From Obrimoposthia wandeli (Eukaryota): DNA of 64,000 nucleotides. Below, in pieces: positions 12,330-27,300 of the stretch (its first letter is position 1; every line of letters begins with the position of its first letter). The notes under the pieces were generated by a model that made no database searches, was not told the DNA's origin, and saw only the letters and a program-made list of their open reading frames with translations. A program made the position numbers and the translations under genes. The stretch covers positions 248,001 to 312,000 of the forward strand of contig CDROCS010001279.1 in assembly GCA_977020255.1 (NCBI GenBank), given 5' to 3'.

Positions 12330-15300
12330 CTAAATATCTGACATATTCACTACATTAAACATGTATTCCTGTTTAACTTCAAAGGTATAGGTTTCCAATT
12401 TTAACGATTGGAAGTGAATGAATGTTGGTATACAGTGGTTAATTGTTATACTCCCTTTTTCCCATAGGAACCCCAAATTGCTTGTTTCTAATGAAATCGA
12501 AAATTTAGATTTGAATTATACTTAACATATGTATTTTGAATATATTACAAATTTTAAATTTCTTTCATTAAAATTCATACTAAATATCTTTAAAAATTTA
12601 TAAATTAATATTGAAATTAAGATATAATTTAAATTTGCTGCAAAAATTAATTTATCTTTTCAACAAAAAATAACATTATAATAAATATAAAATAAATTTA
12701 ACTTTTTTAAAAAAAATTAGAATTTTTTGCATATTTATTTTATTATTTTAACATAAGTTATTATAATATGGAAATTTTGAATTAAATTAATTTTTAAAAA
12801 TATTATTGACATTTTCACTTGACGCTGTTTTAACTTTTTTCTTTGTTTTATCTTAATAATTAATTTTATATTGATGATAATATAATTAAAATACAATATA
12901 TAATTTGTTATGAATTTTCTGATTATGAAATCAAAAAATAATAAAAGTTTCTTATTTGTGAGACAATATTGAAATACAAAGTGGAAACAATAGGATTTAT
13001 ATTTCACTATATCTATAAAATAAATTTTTAGATTGCAAAACTTTGATATATATTTTGATATTCAATGTTTCATGATAACAATTTGTTATTTCTAATTTTA
13101 AATATATTTGTAATATTGCTTTATTAAATATTCATAACACTTTTGTAATCTTGCATTTTAAAAATTAACAAGCTAGAAAATGTCGTCTAGTATTTTTAAT
13201 GTCAAAACGATAACCTTAAATCAAATAATTACAGTTTTACATAAAAATTATAAATATATTGTCAAAAATATTTTGAAAAAAATTTAATATAAAATATGTT
13301 TATTCTGATATTTCAAAATAATATAATAACCTTTGTAAAAATATAAATAGAGCAAATTTGTAACAAAAATAGTTAATTGTATATTTTAGATTACACATAT
13401 TATAATATAAATTATAAAGAAAAATAGTTTTTCTTGAAATGTCATTTTTCAGAAATTCAATAATTAGTTATTGATTTTTAAAAAATAATAAAAGTGAAAT
13501 TTACTTAAAAGTTTTAAATGTCTAATATTTTTCAAAGAAATATATTAAATATAAAATATTTACAAAGATCCTTTAGCGTAAAATCAGATTTATTTTGAGA
13601 CAAAACGGAAAGACTTAGAGTAATATATTTTAACATAACTATCTGTATACAAAATCCCTTTAATCTCGAGCATCCAAGTAGAAAACCTTTCCTTATTTTG
13701 CCAAAGTGATAGATGAGGTGACTATTCAATGAACTGTGTTCGTAGAAATAATTATGTACAAAATTATATACTTATTACTTATAAATACAAGTAATATACA
13801 TGTAGGTGCAGAAGAATGTAAATAGTGCCTCACCGGTACGCCTTGCCGGATGTGCCAAGACGGAAATTGCCGGAGACCCCACTCTGTCTGCCGCGATTCA
13901 GGAACCTCTGTTGTTGCTGAACTTGTTGCTGCATCACCATGTGACTGAGCACCGGGTCGCTCTCTTCCGTGTCTGCATCATCCTCCTCGCCACCACTCAT
14001 GCTGCCCCGGAGCCGCTTCAGCTCGCAACCAGTTGCCACAAAATGTAGCTTCTTGGCGGCCGCAGGCCCTCCGCGACCGCCTCCCCTTGCTCCCAGATGG
14101 CCACTCTGCCCAGCCCCGCCACCACCGCTGATTGGGATCGCATACCACTGCATCAATCGAGCATCAGTTAAACTAAAAAATGGTTACAGGAATGTATAAA
14201 TCGAAATTTAAGAAAATAAACGATATATTAATTTTTAATTATCATCTATACCAGGTGTTCCCAAACTTTTTTGGCCGCGGAATTCTTTTGAATTATTTTA
14301 AAAAATATTGGAAACACTACCTATTTAAAAATACTTAAAAAAGTGAAGAATAAAACTTATTTATATTGAAAAATAAATAAAAAATGATATATCCAATTTA
14401 AATCACAAAAATTTTAAATTAAACTAATGAAGTATTTATTAAATAGTTATAGTGGGCCTATGTCCGGATAGCCAGTAAATATTCCATCACTATGTTTGTT
14501 ATTTGAGAATTTCTTAACCAATTTGCAGTCATCATCGTTGCTACAAAGAATTATATGCATGATCACTGCACCAAGCTCTAGAAGACCACATAAATATTTA
14601 AGATTTTGTGAGAATACAATTTTTGATAAAATGTAGGATCTTCAATTAAATTCTGGCTTTGATTGATAGCCAATGGAGCTTCAATAAGTGTTCACTTGTA
14701 CTAGCATTTTTCTTTAATATTAATATCATTTTGACAGATTGGTTTAGTATTTTTAACAAGTGATTTAATTGATAAACTAGAATATTAAACAGTAAAGAAA
14801 TTTGAAAATCATGCGTTAGAATTGTAGTTATGATTATTGTATGTTCTTATTACTTTACTAATTTGACAATTCATGGTAATGTTTTTATCGAGGACACAAC
14901 AATATTTTTATTTTTCAATCAATAATATTTTCACTGATATGTATGAAACTTATATTTTCTTTAATTTGGTATAATGATTTTCTTAGATCCAAATAACGAA
15001 GCCTCAGTTTCTTACATGCTCTTAAAACCCCGGAAATCTGAAGCCAAATTCTTTAGGGTGTGTAAATTAATCACTGGCTTGCTCTAATGGTATGTTATAC
15101 ACGGGCAAATAAATAGATACTGCCTCACATTACAATCTGGCTAATTATATAATTAGAGCTTTTGTTCTCTATATGGTGCTGGTACACACAACTGCCTCAG
15201 AAAAACCTAATAGTTGGTCTATAGTTATCAACTGCAATATGATCGATTTAGATGTACACAATATTTTCATTGCCATGAAGTCAGAAATAAGGTCGACTTT

Positions 15301-18300
15301 CTAAGGAAAAAAACATTCCGTTTCTCAAGACATCCTGCTCAAACCGCATATCTGACAGGTAAGTCAAAGTTTGCGGCTGTTGAAATGGATTTCATCGATA
15401 ACACACACATTCCCTCTACTCCCCAAGACAACAAGCGTAGAAGGGGCTACAACTGCAACAAGCACACCAGGTCTACATGCAAAAAAAAATCGAAAGTAAC
15501 ACTGAAAGAGTAATTACAAAGAGCAATAATAATTAAAAATATATCTGACATTTCGAGCAGGAAAGAAAACAAGGGTTGGATTTGAAACGTACAATCTATT
15601 ATTTTGTCAATAAAATACAAAATCATTAATTCGTAAAATATGTGTTTTGTTATTGATAAGTTGATCTTTATTTCAATGACAGTATTTATTTATGAACGAT
15701 GACCAACTGAATGCAGCAGTAATAAAGGCTGAATTATGTAACACACACAACACTGCTGTACACAACCGAAACACAATTGTTTACAACTTGGAATGACTTC
15801 AACGGAATGAAATGCATCTCGGATTGCGCATAAATGACCGGAGCAGTAAGTGGAAAACTCAATGAGGGTGTCCGATGAAACAAAATAAAGACAAGAAATC
15901 CAATATAAATTAGAGTTCTGTCAACTCAGAACAACGAAAACAAGTGCCGATCGACCATTAGAAAAACAACAAATTTTTCAAAGTCTGTCACGTACTCTGA
16001 CAAATCCAGCAGGTGGGCATACGTACACCAGCTTTCCAACTCCATTGAAATGATACTTCTTCGATGTCTTTGGAACGTCAAGGGCTAGAAATGATATATT
16101 GAACCGTTTAAAAAATTAAACGAAAACTTAATAATTATATATAGCTTATTTAAAGAAACACATTTATTTATTGCTTTTAAAATGTTATCTTCTAAACTCA
16201 AATTAAACTTATTAAAACAATAAAAATAACTAATTTGTAAGTAAAACACGTATAACCGATTTCCAGAAAATAGGAATAATTTTCTATTGTGGACACGATC
16301 GACTAGAAAACCTCCCGTGATCTACTGGATGATCATTACTGGATGATAGATAGCCCTTGGTACAGACGAACAGAATTTAACGAACTTCCAGATATAACAA
16401 ACTATTTTTACTAAGATTTTCTTTTTGATTCAAAAGAACCTTTGGCTACCTATCTACAGTTCACATAAAGCATTTCAAAATTATAGTTTAATAACTTGAC
16501 ATTTAAATAAATTATAATGATGAAATTATGTTACTATATATGTAAAAATATTTTGCTGAACTTTTGTTTACGTTTATTAGCAATTGAAATTAATATAATT
16601 GAGAATATAAATTCATGTAATAAGTTGTCCCTAAAAGTATTATTTATATGTATTAAAAATAAATACCTAAAGCAGGTTGGAAATTCCTAAAATACATGGA
16701 GAAGGGAAATCCCCAAATATGACATCAAAATTTAGACACCCTGTTTATTCTTCTTCTCCTCATTAAAACAGAATCACCAACATAAAACTGCTAAAATTCA
16801 CATGTATTGCAAATGTACAATTGGTGTCCTGATATAGCTAGACATTCATTGGCCCATTTTAATTAATTACTGATTAATACTCCAAATATATTATAAACCC
16901 TTTTACTGTATATTTAGTGGCGGTATCTAGTTATATATATCTTGTCATATATATATTATTAGTAGTCCATTTATTATGTTGCACACATTCTTTTGCAAGT
17001 ATTATATTGTACACACACATATTTTTGTAATACATACATATCCAAATAATTATGGTAAAAAAATTTGAAAAAGACAGAAAGGGTCAGATAATAATGAGAA
17101 TAACCTTTCAACGACATTCTGCGTCAAATGACAGTACAATTTTTCAGAAGATCATTTATAATCTCAATGAAATCAGCTGATATACAATTAAAATAATCAC
17201 CATACAACCAACCCTAATTATAATTTAATATATTAACTTAAAAGTGACCACAGCCAATTGTAGAATCGTGAAAATAGCATTCGAATACTCAACAATAGGA
17301 TTTGTTAATGTTTGTCGCATTGAGATTATATATGGCTTACGTTTATGTGACAAAAGGTGAGAGTTAAAATAAAGCAACTCAAAATAGTTAGTATGAATGT
17401 AGACAATAGTCTAATTTTAGTTATAAGTAATGTAAATATTAATGAAATAAAATTATATCAAAATGCTTTTTTGGCCAATTACCCGGTCATTGTCCATGGT
17501 GAGGAAGGTGTTGCGACCGGAGTCCGGCACACTGTTGCTTAGGCCATGGTGCCCGGACCCCGTAGTCCCTGTAGTGGCTCCGACGTGTGTAGCGTGCCTA
17601 CCACCTAGGATGGAGCTCAGCACCGGACTGTCGCAGGCCACCAGCTGCATTGGCCGCGACTCCCCACTTGCTGCGCTCACCAGCACCCGTGGCCGACCAG
17701 TGGCAGCCGCTCTCTTCCCTGTTTGGCCGGTCAGACACACGCCGCTCCCGCCACCTCCACAAACCGAGGTCGAGGGCGAATTAAAGTTAGTCGCTGCTCC
17801 CGCAGACGGCGTGGTTCCAGCTGAGCTACCACCACTGCTCACCGTGTGAGTGCGGTTTAACGAGCCTGTACACCAGTCAGAGCGTCATCGATATGAGAGT
17901 TCAAGTAGAGGTAAACTCACTAGAATTGAGCACATAGTCCACCGAGAAGGCCTCTTCCTTGACGCCGGGTGGCGAAGTGAGATCATGGGAGAGACGCAAT
18001 TGTTGATGGTGCTGTTGCGGTTGTTGCTGCTGCTGCTGGGGAGACTGTTGCTGTTGCTGGGGAGACTGTTGCTGCTGCTGGAGTTGTTGCTCGTCCATCG
18101 GCTGCCACGGTGTCGGCGTAGAGTTGAGCTTGTGTAGGACCTGGCTGTTGTGCTGGTGCAGGCTGAACCAGTCCTGCATCCTTTGCAGCTGTTCCTGTTC
18201 CTGCTCCGCTGGTATGCTCAGACCCGCTGACGACAGCTGCTCCTGTAGACCCTGCAACAGTGGTTATTAAATGTCATTGTTTAGAATCAATAATTAATTA

Positions 18301-21300
18301 ATTACCACTGGAGATAACAGACTAAACAGAAATTTATATCATATTGCCCCTTTACTCTTTCGAGCTTGTGCAATAATTAAAAACATATATTTTAGATTTG
18401 TTTAATTTATTATCCTTCGGTTAATTTAACGATTAAACTTTGTGTAAAATTTATCAATACTATATTTTAAAGGATTTAGTTTTATAAATGTAGATTAGTT
18501 CAAGAATAGTTAAATTATAAAGCAGAAATTTCTCGAAGTCTGTGAATTATATTTTGGAAAACCTATGTATGATCAAGCAATAATCATTTGTTAGTTAATG
18601 GACAATTAACAATTTCTAAAACAAATATTTTCTCTTTTTCACTTCTCTTGATTGCGAATTTTGTTGAATCCACTCAGTAAAAGCAGTCTTACAAAATGAA
18701 AGACAGTGGTAGAAACTCGAGAGTCAGTTTGTCAACTATTTCTCATCAGCAGAGTAGAGTAACTACTCTGAGTAATCCCAGTCACACTTGATTGGATGTG
18801 AAGATTGAATTTTAGATACGGTTGAGTAATCAGAAAGAGATTCGATTCATATCATGCTACGTAGTGAAGAAATAAATAATCCTCAAAATAATAATTAATG
18901 CACTTTGAAGATTATATGATCTGATTTGATTAATTTTATTTTGATTTGACATCTTAAAATAGGAAATAAAATAATTTCAACCCAATTATCTGTGTGAGTA
19001 CGGTTATGTGTTTATTTATATACACAGGGTGAATCAAAATAACTGTTACAACCTCAATTCCTAGTAATTTATAAAATAGACTGTATGAAACGCTGCCTTA
19101 AGCTTGTTCAACACCTCCATATCATCGAAAAAGCCAACAGGAAAGCGTGGATGACAGGACAACCGAAGCACCATTGTCAGTTATACAACCTCTTAGCTTA
19201 AGGTCATGAAGCATGATTATCTATTTCCCCAATTACAACACTTCAATACTTTTTCTCTGATATTTTCGAACAGGAAAAATTTAGTGACTGTTTACTTGTC
19301 CCAGTATTTTCCAAGGGATTTTACACAGTTATCTGTTCCACGTATTGTTTTACAATTGTGGTTTAAGTATGCAATATTATTTTATATCTATATACAGACA
19401 TACATTCTCCATAAATAGTATAGAATTTTGGTTTGTGTAAAATATGTAAATTAGAGGATATACACGTCCTACGGGCGATGTTTGAATAATATATGTTGTC
19501 CTCAAAATGCATCTAAACTGCGAATACAATTTTGTTAAATCCGGATTAAACTGTATTCTCAATTATTAGGTTGCTGTATAATTAATGACGGTTTTTAATC
19601 AATAAAAATACAACCAAATATACACATATTAAAACAATAATATATCAAACTCAGACCACTCTGAGTTGGGCATGGGGCTTCATTAAATGTTCACTTGTAC
19701 TAACTATTTTTTTAAAATTTGAATATAATTCTGACGGCTTTGTTTGAGTTATTTTACATTCGAGAAAATTGATAAGCTGGAAAATTAAACAGCACACAAT
19801 TTTGAAAACCAAGTCTTGATATAATATTCGCATGCGTTAGCATTGTAATGATCTCAGTAGTAAGGTATTTTCTCATTAGATAGATATTTTTAATGTGCAT
19901 GTTGCACATTCTTATCACTTTATTAATTTGACAATTCATTGTAATATTGTCACCGAAATGTTCCTTTTTTAACTTTTTAAATAATATTATTTTTATTGTC
20001 ATATATGAAACTTCTTTATTTTTTTAATAAAGTTTATAAAATTTTTAGATTCAAATAATAGTCTCAGATTTCATTTAATTGATCTTCAATTATCTTGATT
20101 TCATTAATACGAATTTTCATTTCAGAATCAAATGATTAGAATAAAAATCAACATAAAGTTGTGTCATCAGCATAAACGTGAAAATGAATATTATTTTTTT
20201 AATAATCACTGTGATTGGCGAAGTATAAATAGAAAATAAGATTGAATAAAGAATTGAACCCTGCATTTTATATATTCAGAATCTGAGTGTCATAAATTAT
20301 AACAGATTGTTTGAGCAAAGGTAAATAACTTTCAAACCCATTTAGTTTCTTCCCATTGATTCCAATATATTCCAAATTCCTTAATAATATTTTGTGCTAA
20401 ATATTTGTTAAAACATCTCACAGGAACCTATAAAGCATCCATTTTATGAGATGCACTGTACTTCTAAAAAGTTACGAAAATCTGTAATTTGTACTTATAA
20501 GTGAGTTTCGCTACAAAATCTAATGACTCCCTCAATCAAAATAACAACAACCAGTTGAACCAAATTTTTTGATCAGCTTCAGTCCTTTGTCTCAGCGATC
20601 TTTGTTGAGTGGATCCTTGAGAAAAGTCAGCCAATCTACAGATTATGCACCAAACTCTGACCTAGAGATTTCCAGAGCGATAACTGATCTAATCGTGGCC
20701 ATGCACGCAAAACAATTACGCCAATAACTCATATAATCAACATGTTATTGCTCTATGTTGAAGGAATTGGATATTTGATTTTGTTATAAATACTTTAGTT
20801 TCTAAACGAACATGACAAATATCTAGAGCTTCTCAAAATCTCGTTCAAATTAAACTCAAAACACTGACAAAGAATGATGAATAAAAATTTCAAATAATTA
20901 ATTAATAAAATCAGTCAAAAGTAAAATCATTATGCACTTTTCTCACATGATCTTTCTTAGTCTCTAGATATTTGAAAAATCCGAAATTGAGCAGGACATT
21001 ATACGTATTTATTTTTCAGACGCCAATCAGCTATTCAAACTGTGAGAATGTATAATTACGAGAAAAGCTTGAAACCATATGTTTAAGGAATGCAAAGTTC
21101 GAAAGACCACACAGAAGATTAATGAAAGATATTTTATGCGCAGACGGATGGGTTTGAAGAAGAAAAAGCAACAGTTATCCGTGCTGATTAATTGTTGATG
21201 GCTTAATGGAAGATAAGTAAGGCAGTTGGGTGCAGAAAAGACACATTTCACAGGTTATCGAAATATTTAATTTCCAAGCCTTATGAAGAGTGAAAACTAT

Positions 21301-24300
21301 TAAAAAAACTCGAAGAGTGCAACATCTAAGATTTACAGCTTTGGCAGAACTCAATTCCAAAGATATCCTCTGAACAAATGAGGCATATATTATTCACTGG
21401 ATGGTGATGTCTCATCGTTACGATGAAATTTTTGGTCTAATTTGTCTGTTTTAGTTCTTGTGGAAAAACTACTTCTTGTTTCATGCTTGATTTACTTTGA
21501 AATATGTTGTAAGTATGTAAGTATCACTCAACAACAGAGGATATCTAGAGATTAAAACCAATCAAGTTGTGCCCATTCTTCGTCTCTAATGATGTATGGA
21601 TTCATTCTGAGCGAAATAAAAAACCTTTTCTCAATGAAAGTTCACATGCAAAAACTTGTACTAGCACTTTCCTTTAAATTAAATTAAATTCTGACGGGTT
21701 CGTTTAATTTTTTTGCAAAAGATGTATAAGCTGTAATTTTAACAGAACAAAATTTTGAAATTCAAGAATTGATGTAATAATCCCATGCATTAACATTGTA
21801 GATATCTCAGTAGTAGGGTATTCTCTTCTAAGATTAATGTTTTGGATATGACTGTTGCATGTTCTTATCACTTTATTAATTTGACAATTCATTGTAATAT
21901 TTTCATTGAGAACGCAACCAATTTTCTTAAATTTTTAAAATACAGTTTATATTACTCTTAGATTCAAATCATATAGCATCAATTTTCATTTCATTCCTAT
22001 AGCTATTGTATGTGAAAACGTGATTTAATAGTCAAAAGAATCAAAATCAACATAAATCAAAGACATTATATTCAAAGAGTAATGAATTAAAATTTAGACA
22101 AGAAATCAGGATGACCAAATAAAATTGGTGGTGACAAAAATGATACTGTAAATCATTCAAGATGAAATAGTAACACAAAGAGAGTTTGTAATGAATCTCA
22201 ATAAGTGTAAAGATAAATCATTTATGGTGTAAAACATTAAAACAAAAACCACAAAACTGCAAAAACATTACAGCACCTTCCTAATGATTTCTGCTTCTCC
22301 CCATATTTATAAAAAAACATAGCGATTTAAACACTTAGCAATGAAATAAGAAGTTATGCAATTTGAAGAGGATTAACTAATCGAATTCTTCACAAAAATC
22401 TGCAAATGGTTCAGAGAGAATAAATTTTGTAAAAAAATGAAGTGCATATGAAAAATTTATTCATGTAGTTATTTAAATAAAAAGAGTATAGAAGATAATA
22501 GAAGAGGATATTTTTAAAAAATAATAAAAATGATAGCATCTTTGCAATAGATCCAAAATCACAGGTCACACAAACAGTTGAAATAAATCTGAATAACTTG
22601 ACATTTACAATTCCATTAAAATTCAGAAATTCCTCAAACCGAAAATTAGATTGATAACAAACATCTATTTTTAGTAACACCAGAAGTTCATTATTAATAA
22701 TATCAATATGGGGGCGTATGACTAAGAAGAAAAAGTCCATCTGAAGCTCGAGTGCTAAATGTGATTGGTATGTAGCGATTAATAAGCATATGAGATATAC
22801 AGATGTATGTGCATCTCGAATGTCTAATTCGAGAAAGTCAGTCGACCAAAATCAGAACCTGAAGTCAATCTAAACGAATGCACTTTTGGTTACAATCTGT
22901 GAACTTTTATAGTACAGTCGGTCGTTTATTTCTTTAGCAACTTAAATATTTATTCAGTAAACCTTGGTCAAATTTCAGATTTCTCAATCGTAAACATTGC
23001 GGGTTTCAATTTTGGATTACGACCCATAAGAGTCTAGAATTGCGTGTACGCAACAAACGTCATGTTGTGAATAAAACAAATTACAGGGGTTGTTCGAAAA
23101 GTTTCGATAATTGAATTATACTTCTTATGAAGATTAAAATTGGCTGAAACTTCTCATGAACATATGATAATTTCTCTAAAAACGGGATGCAAAATGTCGA
23201 GTTTTTATTTTAAAATCATTCATTTTAATCAAACCTTCGAATTATTTCGCAATATTGTTTCAAAAGAATTTTGACTTCAATTTAAACAAAAAAAAAGAAG
23301 TTCTGTTTATGGGGTTGCATCTATAAGTCTGCAAAAGTGTCAAGGCGGTTTCTTCTGGTGATTTCAATTTGGAGGATGGGAATGACAGAGCACAAATCAG
23401 ATAAAGGGCTTGATGATCAAATTGAAGAAATTCTAACTGAAAATCCCCATCATTCAAATAGAGAAATCGCTCTTCGATTAGATGCAGACTACTTAATTGT
23501 CTTAGGTCACTTGTATGTCATGGGAAAGCGGCTTCTTGTTCATCGATGGATACCTTACAAGTAAAGTAAAGATAATAAGTATGAAAATATGCAGGTACCT
23601 TTGAAAAGAGAGCACCGACAATTTTTTTGAACCACCTGATACAATTGGACTAAATATGACAATAGGGGTCATGGATAACTAAATCGATTATGGAGAGAAG
23701 GAGACACACCCGTAATGGTACCCAAAAGAATCTCAATGACAAAACGAAAGCAAATATTTTTTTGTACTATCTCAGAATTTAGCTATGCATAATAATTACA
23801 CTACAGAAAAATTGTGGCGAAATAGAAATGTTTTCAAGAAAAAAGAAAATATCTCACTCAAGCCACACTCAATTTGTATTTTCTTCACGATAATACTAGA
23901 CCATGCACTACCCCATGCAGAGTTAAAAACTGAATAAATTAAGTTTCGAAGTTTTCCCGTACCCACCTTGCTTGTCAAATTTGGCTCCTAGTAACTACTG
24001 TTTGTTTGACCCACTGAAGAAATCTTTTGAAGGACAATCTTTGAAAATATGTATCAGGTGCATTTATATGTATTGAAGCTCATTTTTAAACTGAATTATT
24101 TATTATTGTTCATTATTTTATAACATTTAATAGAAATTTAATAGCAACTTATTGATAACAAAGGTCAAACTGGCTTGCTCTTTAGCATTGCTTATACTAA
24201 ATTAATTTAAAACGCAGTTCAAAATTTTAAATATTTATTATTTTAAAGCTTTTAATTGTAAGTTCTCATTTTGTCACATTTAGCTTAAATCTTCCAATCG

Positions 24301-27300
24301 TAATTTATCTTTTCAATAACTATTCTTTGTAAGTACTAAAGAAACTTTGAATTTGCTAATTAAAGTCACTAAAATATGCTGTTATACTTTTAATGATACT
24401 TTTAAGCTAAAACAGTCCTTTTTCCAATGTATTTCTTCTATTTGACTAATTTGAAAAAAAATAGTCAAATTATGATTAAGAAAACAAAATTTATATTATA
24501 ATGTGCACAAAATAAAATATTTAATTAATCATTTTGCTATACATTTGCCCTATTTAAAAATTATATTAATTAAAATAATAATTCAAAAAATAAAGTCCCA
24601 AATAAAAATAATTTTAAAATATTACTGACATTGCACATGATTAATTAACGTAATATGGTGATTTTAAAGAATTGAAATAAAAGCTAAAATCGTTCAATGC
24701 TATACCCCGGTTGCAATAATAATGAAAACATATTTTAAATACTATTAGATATTAAATTAATATATTTAGATAGTAAAATAAAGAGGAATCATCTCATTCC
24801 AATCTGATACTGTCGATATTTTCTCACGAAGTCATGAAATGGTGATCATATTTAAATGTTTATTTGATAACAATTACACTATTATTGCAATATTGAATAT
24901 CGTCGTTATACAAAAAACAGTTATGAATTAAGATAATACATAGAAATGTGAAAATATTCAGAATATTTCAAAAAAGCTAATTATTAGTTATTCAGAACTT
25001 TCAAAAAATTATATAAATTTGATAAAATAATATAATAAATTTGAAATTTATTATATTTTCAACATAATAAATATTTTAAAAACGGACTTATTTTGAGCTC
25101 GTACCGAAAAGCCTTTGGGAAGTTGAGCGTCAAAGTTTTAAGTCTTTCCTTTAATAAAAAATAATTATGTAACGTAGTGCTTCTTAGTGAGGACTGTAAC
25201 GGTCCTCCAGGGATCAAAATAAACCCATATTACTAATTACATTATATTATTACCGTTCCTATTCAAACTTAACTTAAGGTTTCAATACAAATTTCTAAAA
25301 TAAAAAAGCACAAGAAATTAAATAAATATCATAAAAAATCAATATTTAAGTAAATTTTGTTGAAATAAATTTTTTTTTATGGCTTCTGTTTTTAAAACGA
25401 AAACAAGACAATATTCTGTTGAATACATATTTATTGAATTAATTTATTGGGATTTATTGAACCTTCTTACGACCCTCAATTACCACTCTACATTTTGTCT
25501 AGACAAACTTTCGATATTGTGGCTATATAATATACTACAGTATATCAGGTCAGATGAAAAAGACGGGAGTTGATCAATAAAACAAGTTGCTCTTTAATTA
25601 GCTCTTTTGATTGCAAAACCATGAAAACTACACTCAGTTGGAAATAAACAATGAATTAGCGTTAAAGGTAATTATCTAATGTTCATAATGAATATTACAT
25701 TTTCACGCGTCCGTATTGATGACATTTCTGAAAATCTATTAAATCAGCTTCTATTAAATTTTTAATACATATCAAACATTGTCAGATACAAGGTTTACAC
25801 TAGAATTATGTTGTTTTTTAATAAATCTTTGAGATGTAATTTTTTCTTTCTTTCTTTTATTTGTATTTTAATAATGGAATACTATATAATGCGTTGAGGA
25901 TCATAATGTAAAAATAGAGACCACTGAATTCCGGAAAATTGATGTAAAAACACCTGTGTAATGTGTGGGTGAAAGTTAGAGAATTTCAATACGTTAAGGG
26001 ACGGTTGTCCAAAAAAGGTTAATAAACACTGATTTAAAGAATAATTTTTTTCAGGGATAAGAACAGAATCTGAACTCTGAACCTCATTGAACCAAAATTC
26101 CAAACGAATTTTGGCTTCAAAATAAAAAATCTAAAATGACAACTTAAATTTTTTTTTAAATTTAAATTAAAATTAACTAAAACAGTACTTAGTTTACATT
26201 TTAAAACATTAATGCTTTCATCAAGCAGCTCTAGTTGCTTTAGCAGTTTCAATGATGCAAGTTAGGGTTGCAAAAGAGCTCCTTAAAACGTTGTTTGTCA
26301 ATTAAATCAAACGACAAAAAAATCAATTCAGTATGCAGTCGAATCAATATTATTAAATTGGGAGTGTTAAATAAAGTAGACTGGTATTATAAAATCAATT
26401 ATTCCAATCACAGTAACCCAATTTATTCGTCACAACATAATTACAAACTGCGAACACGATCAATTATAGCACCCACAAAATAATAGGCTTAGTTATGGAC
26501 TAACCCAAGAAGATGCCATATAAATTAGTTTTACTACTATAAATGCGTTTTTGAATGGTTAGTATGTGGGGTTCAAATAGTTACAGCAATTCAATAATGT
26601 TGTCAAATTTGCACAAGTTGCGTAGAGAATTTAATTTTATATTATTCAAAAACTTCAATAATAAATATGTTGCAAAAATGAGAATTACAGTGATTTATTA
26701 ATCTGTGATTAATAATCAATATGCACACGAAACTTTTGATTTTGGAAGCAATATTTACATTTTAAAGTAGAATAATTATGGCATAAAGGAATTTCTCAAA
26801 GTCTACAGTATTTTTTGGCCCTATAGCCTACCTGGATATGCTTGTAGAAGGATGTGATGACAGTCTCAGCAACTTGGGTCTCCTTTAGAAGATTCTGCAT
26901 GCAGTTCAGACTATCTTGCATCTGCTGGATATAGATCACCGAGTTCTTCAGGATACCACCCTTATTCCGCTTGGACTCCCTAAATTACAAGATTACGTAA
27001 TAGTTACGCAATCCAGATATTAAATATTTTAATGCTTTTCTTATTGTTTTATAATTCAAAAATCTGTTCATTTGATTTAATATATTTTTGCTATTAGGTA
27101 TATTCAGAATATTTGCATGTATACAAACTGTAGTTCGTGAAATACTAGGAATTGAAGTTGTAACAATTAATTTTAACCACCCTGTATTAATGGTTCGTTT
27201 ACGTTTGTGGTTCTATCAGACTCCAGCCATGTTCACCATTATGTAGTTAACTGGCAGAAAAAACTCTATTTCACGATTCCCTTTGAGTTTTCCTTGTTAC

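Noticed and set aside
14252-14319. hAT-like terminus CAGGTGTTCCCAAAC with a weak partner
   Set aside because: Very short, the partner TIR is poor and there is no 8-bp TSD.
13806-18137. Plus-strand ORFs 13806-14048, 13969-14199, 17463-17849, 17850-18137
   Set aside because: Antisense shadows of GC-rich MiT/TFE exons.
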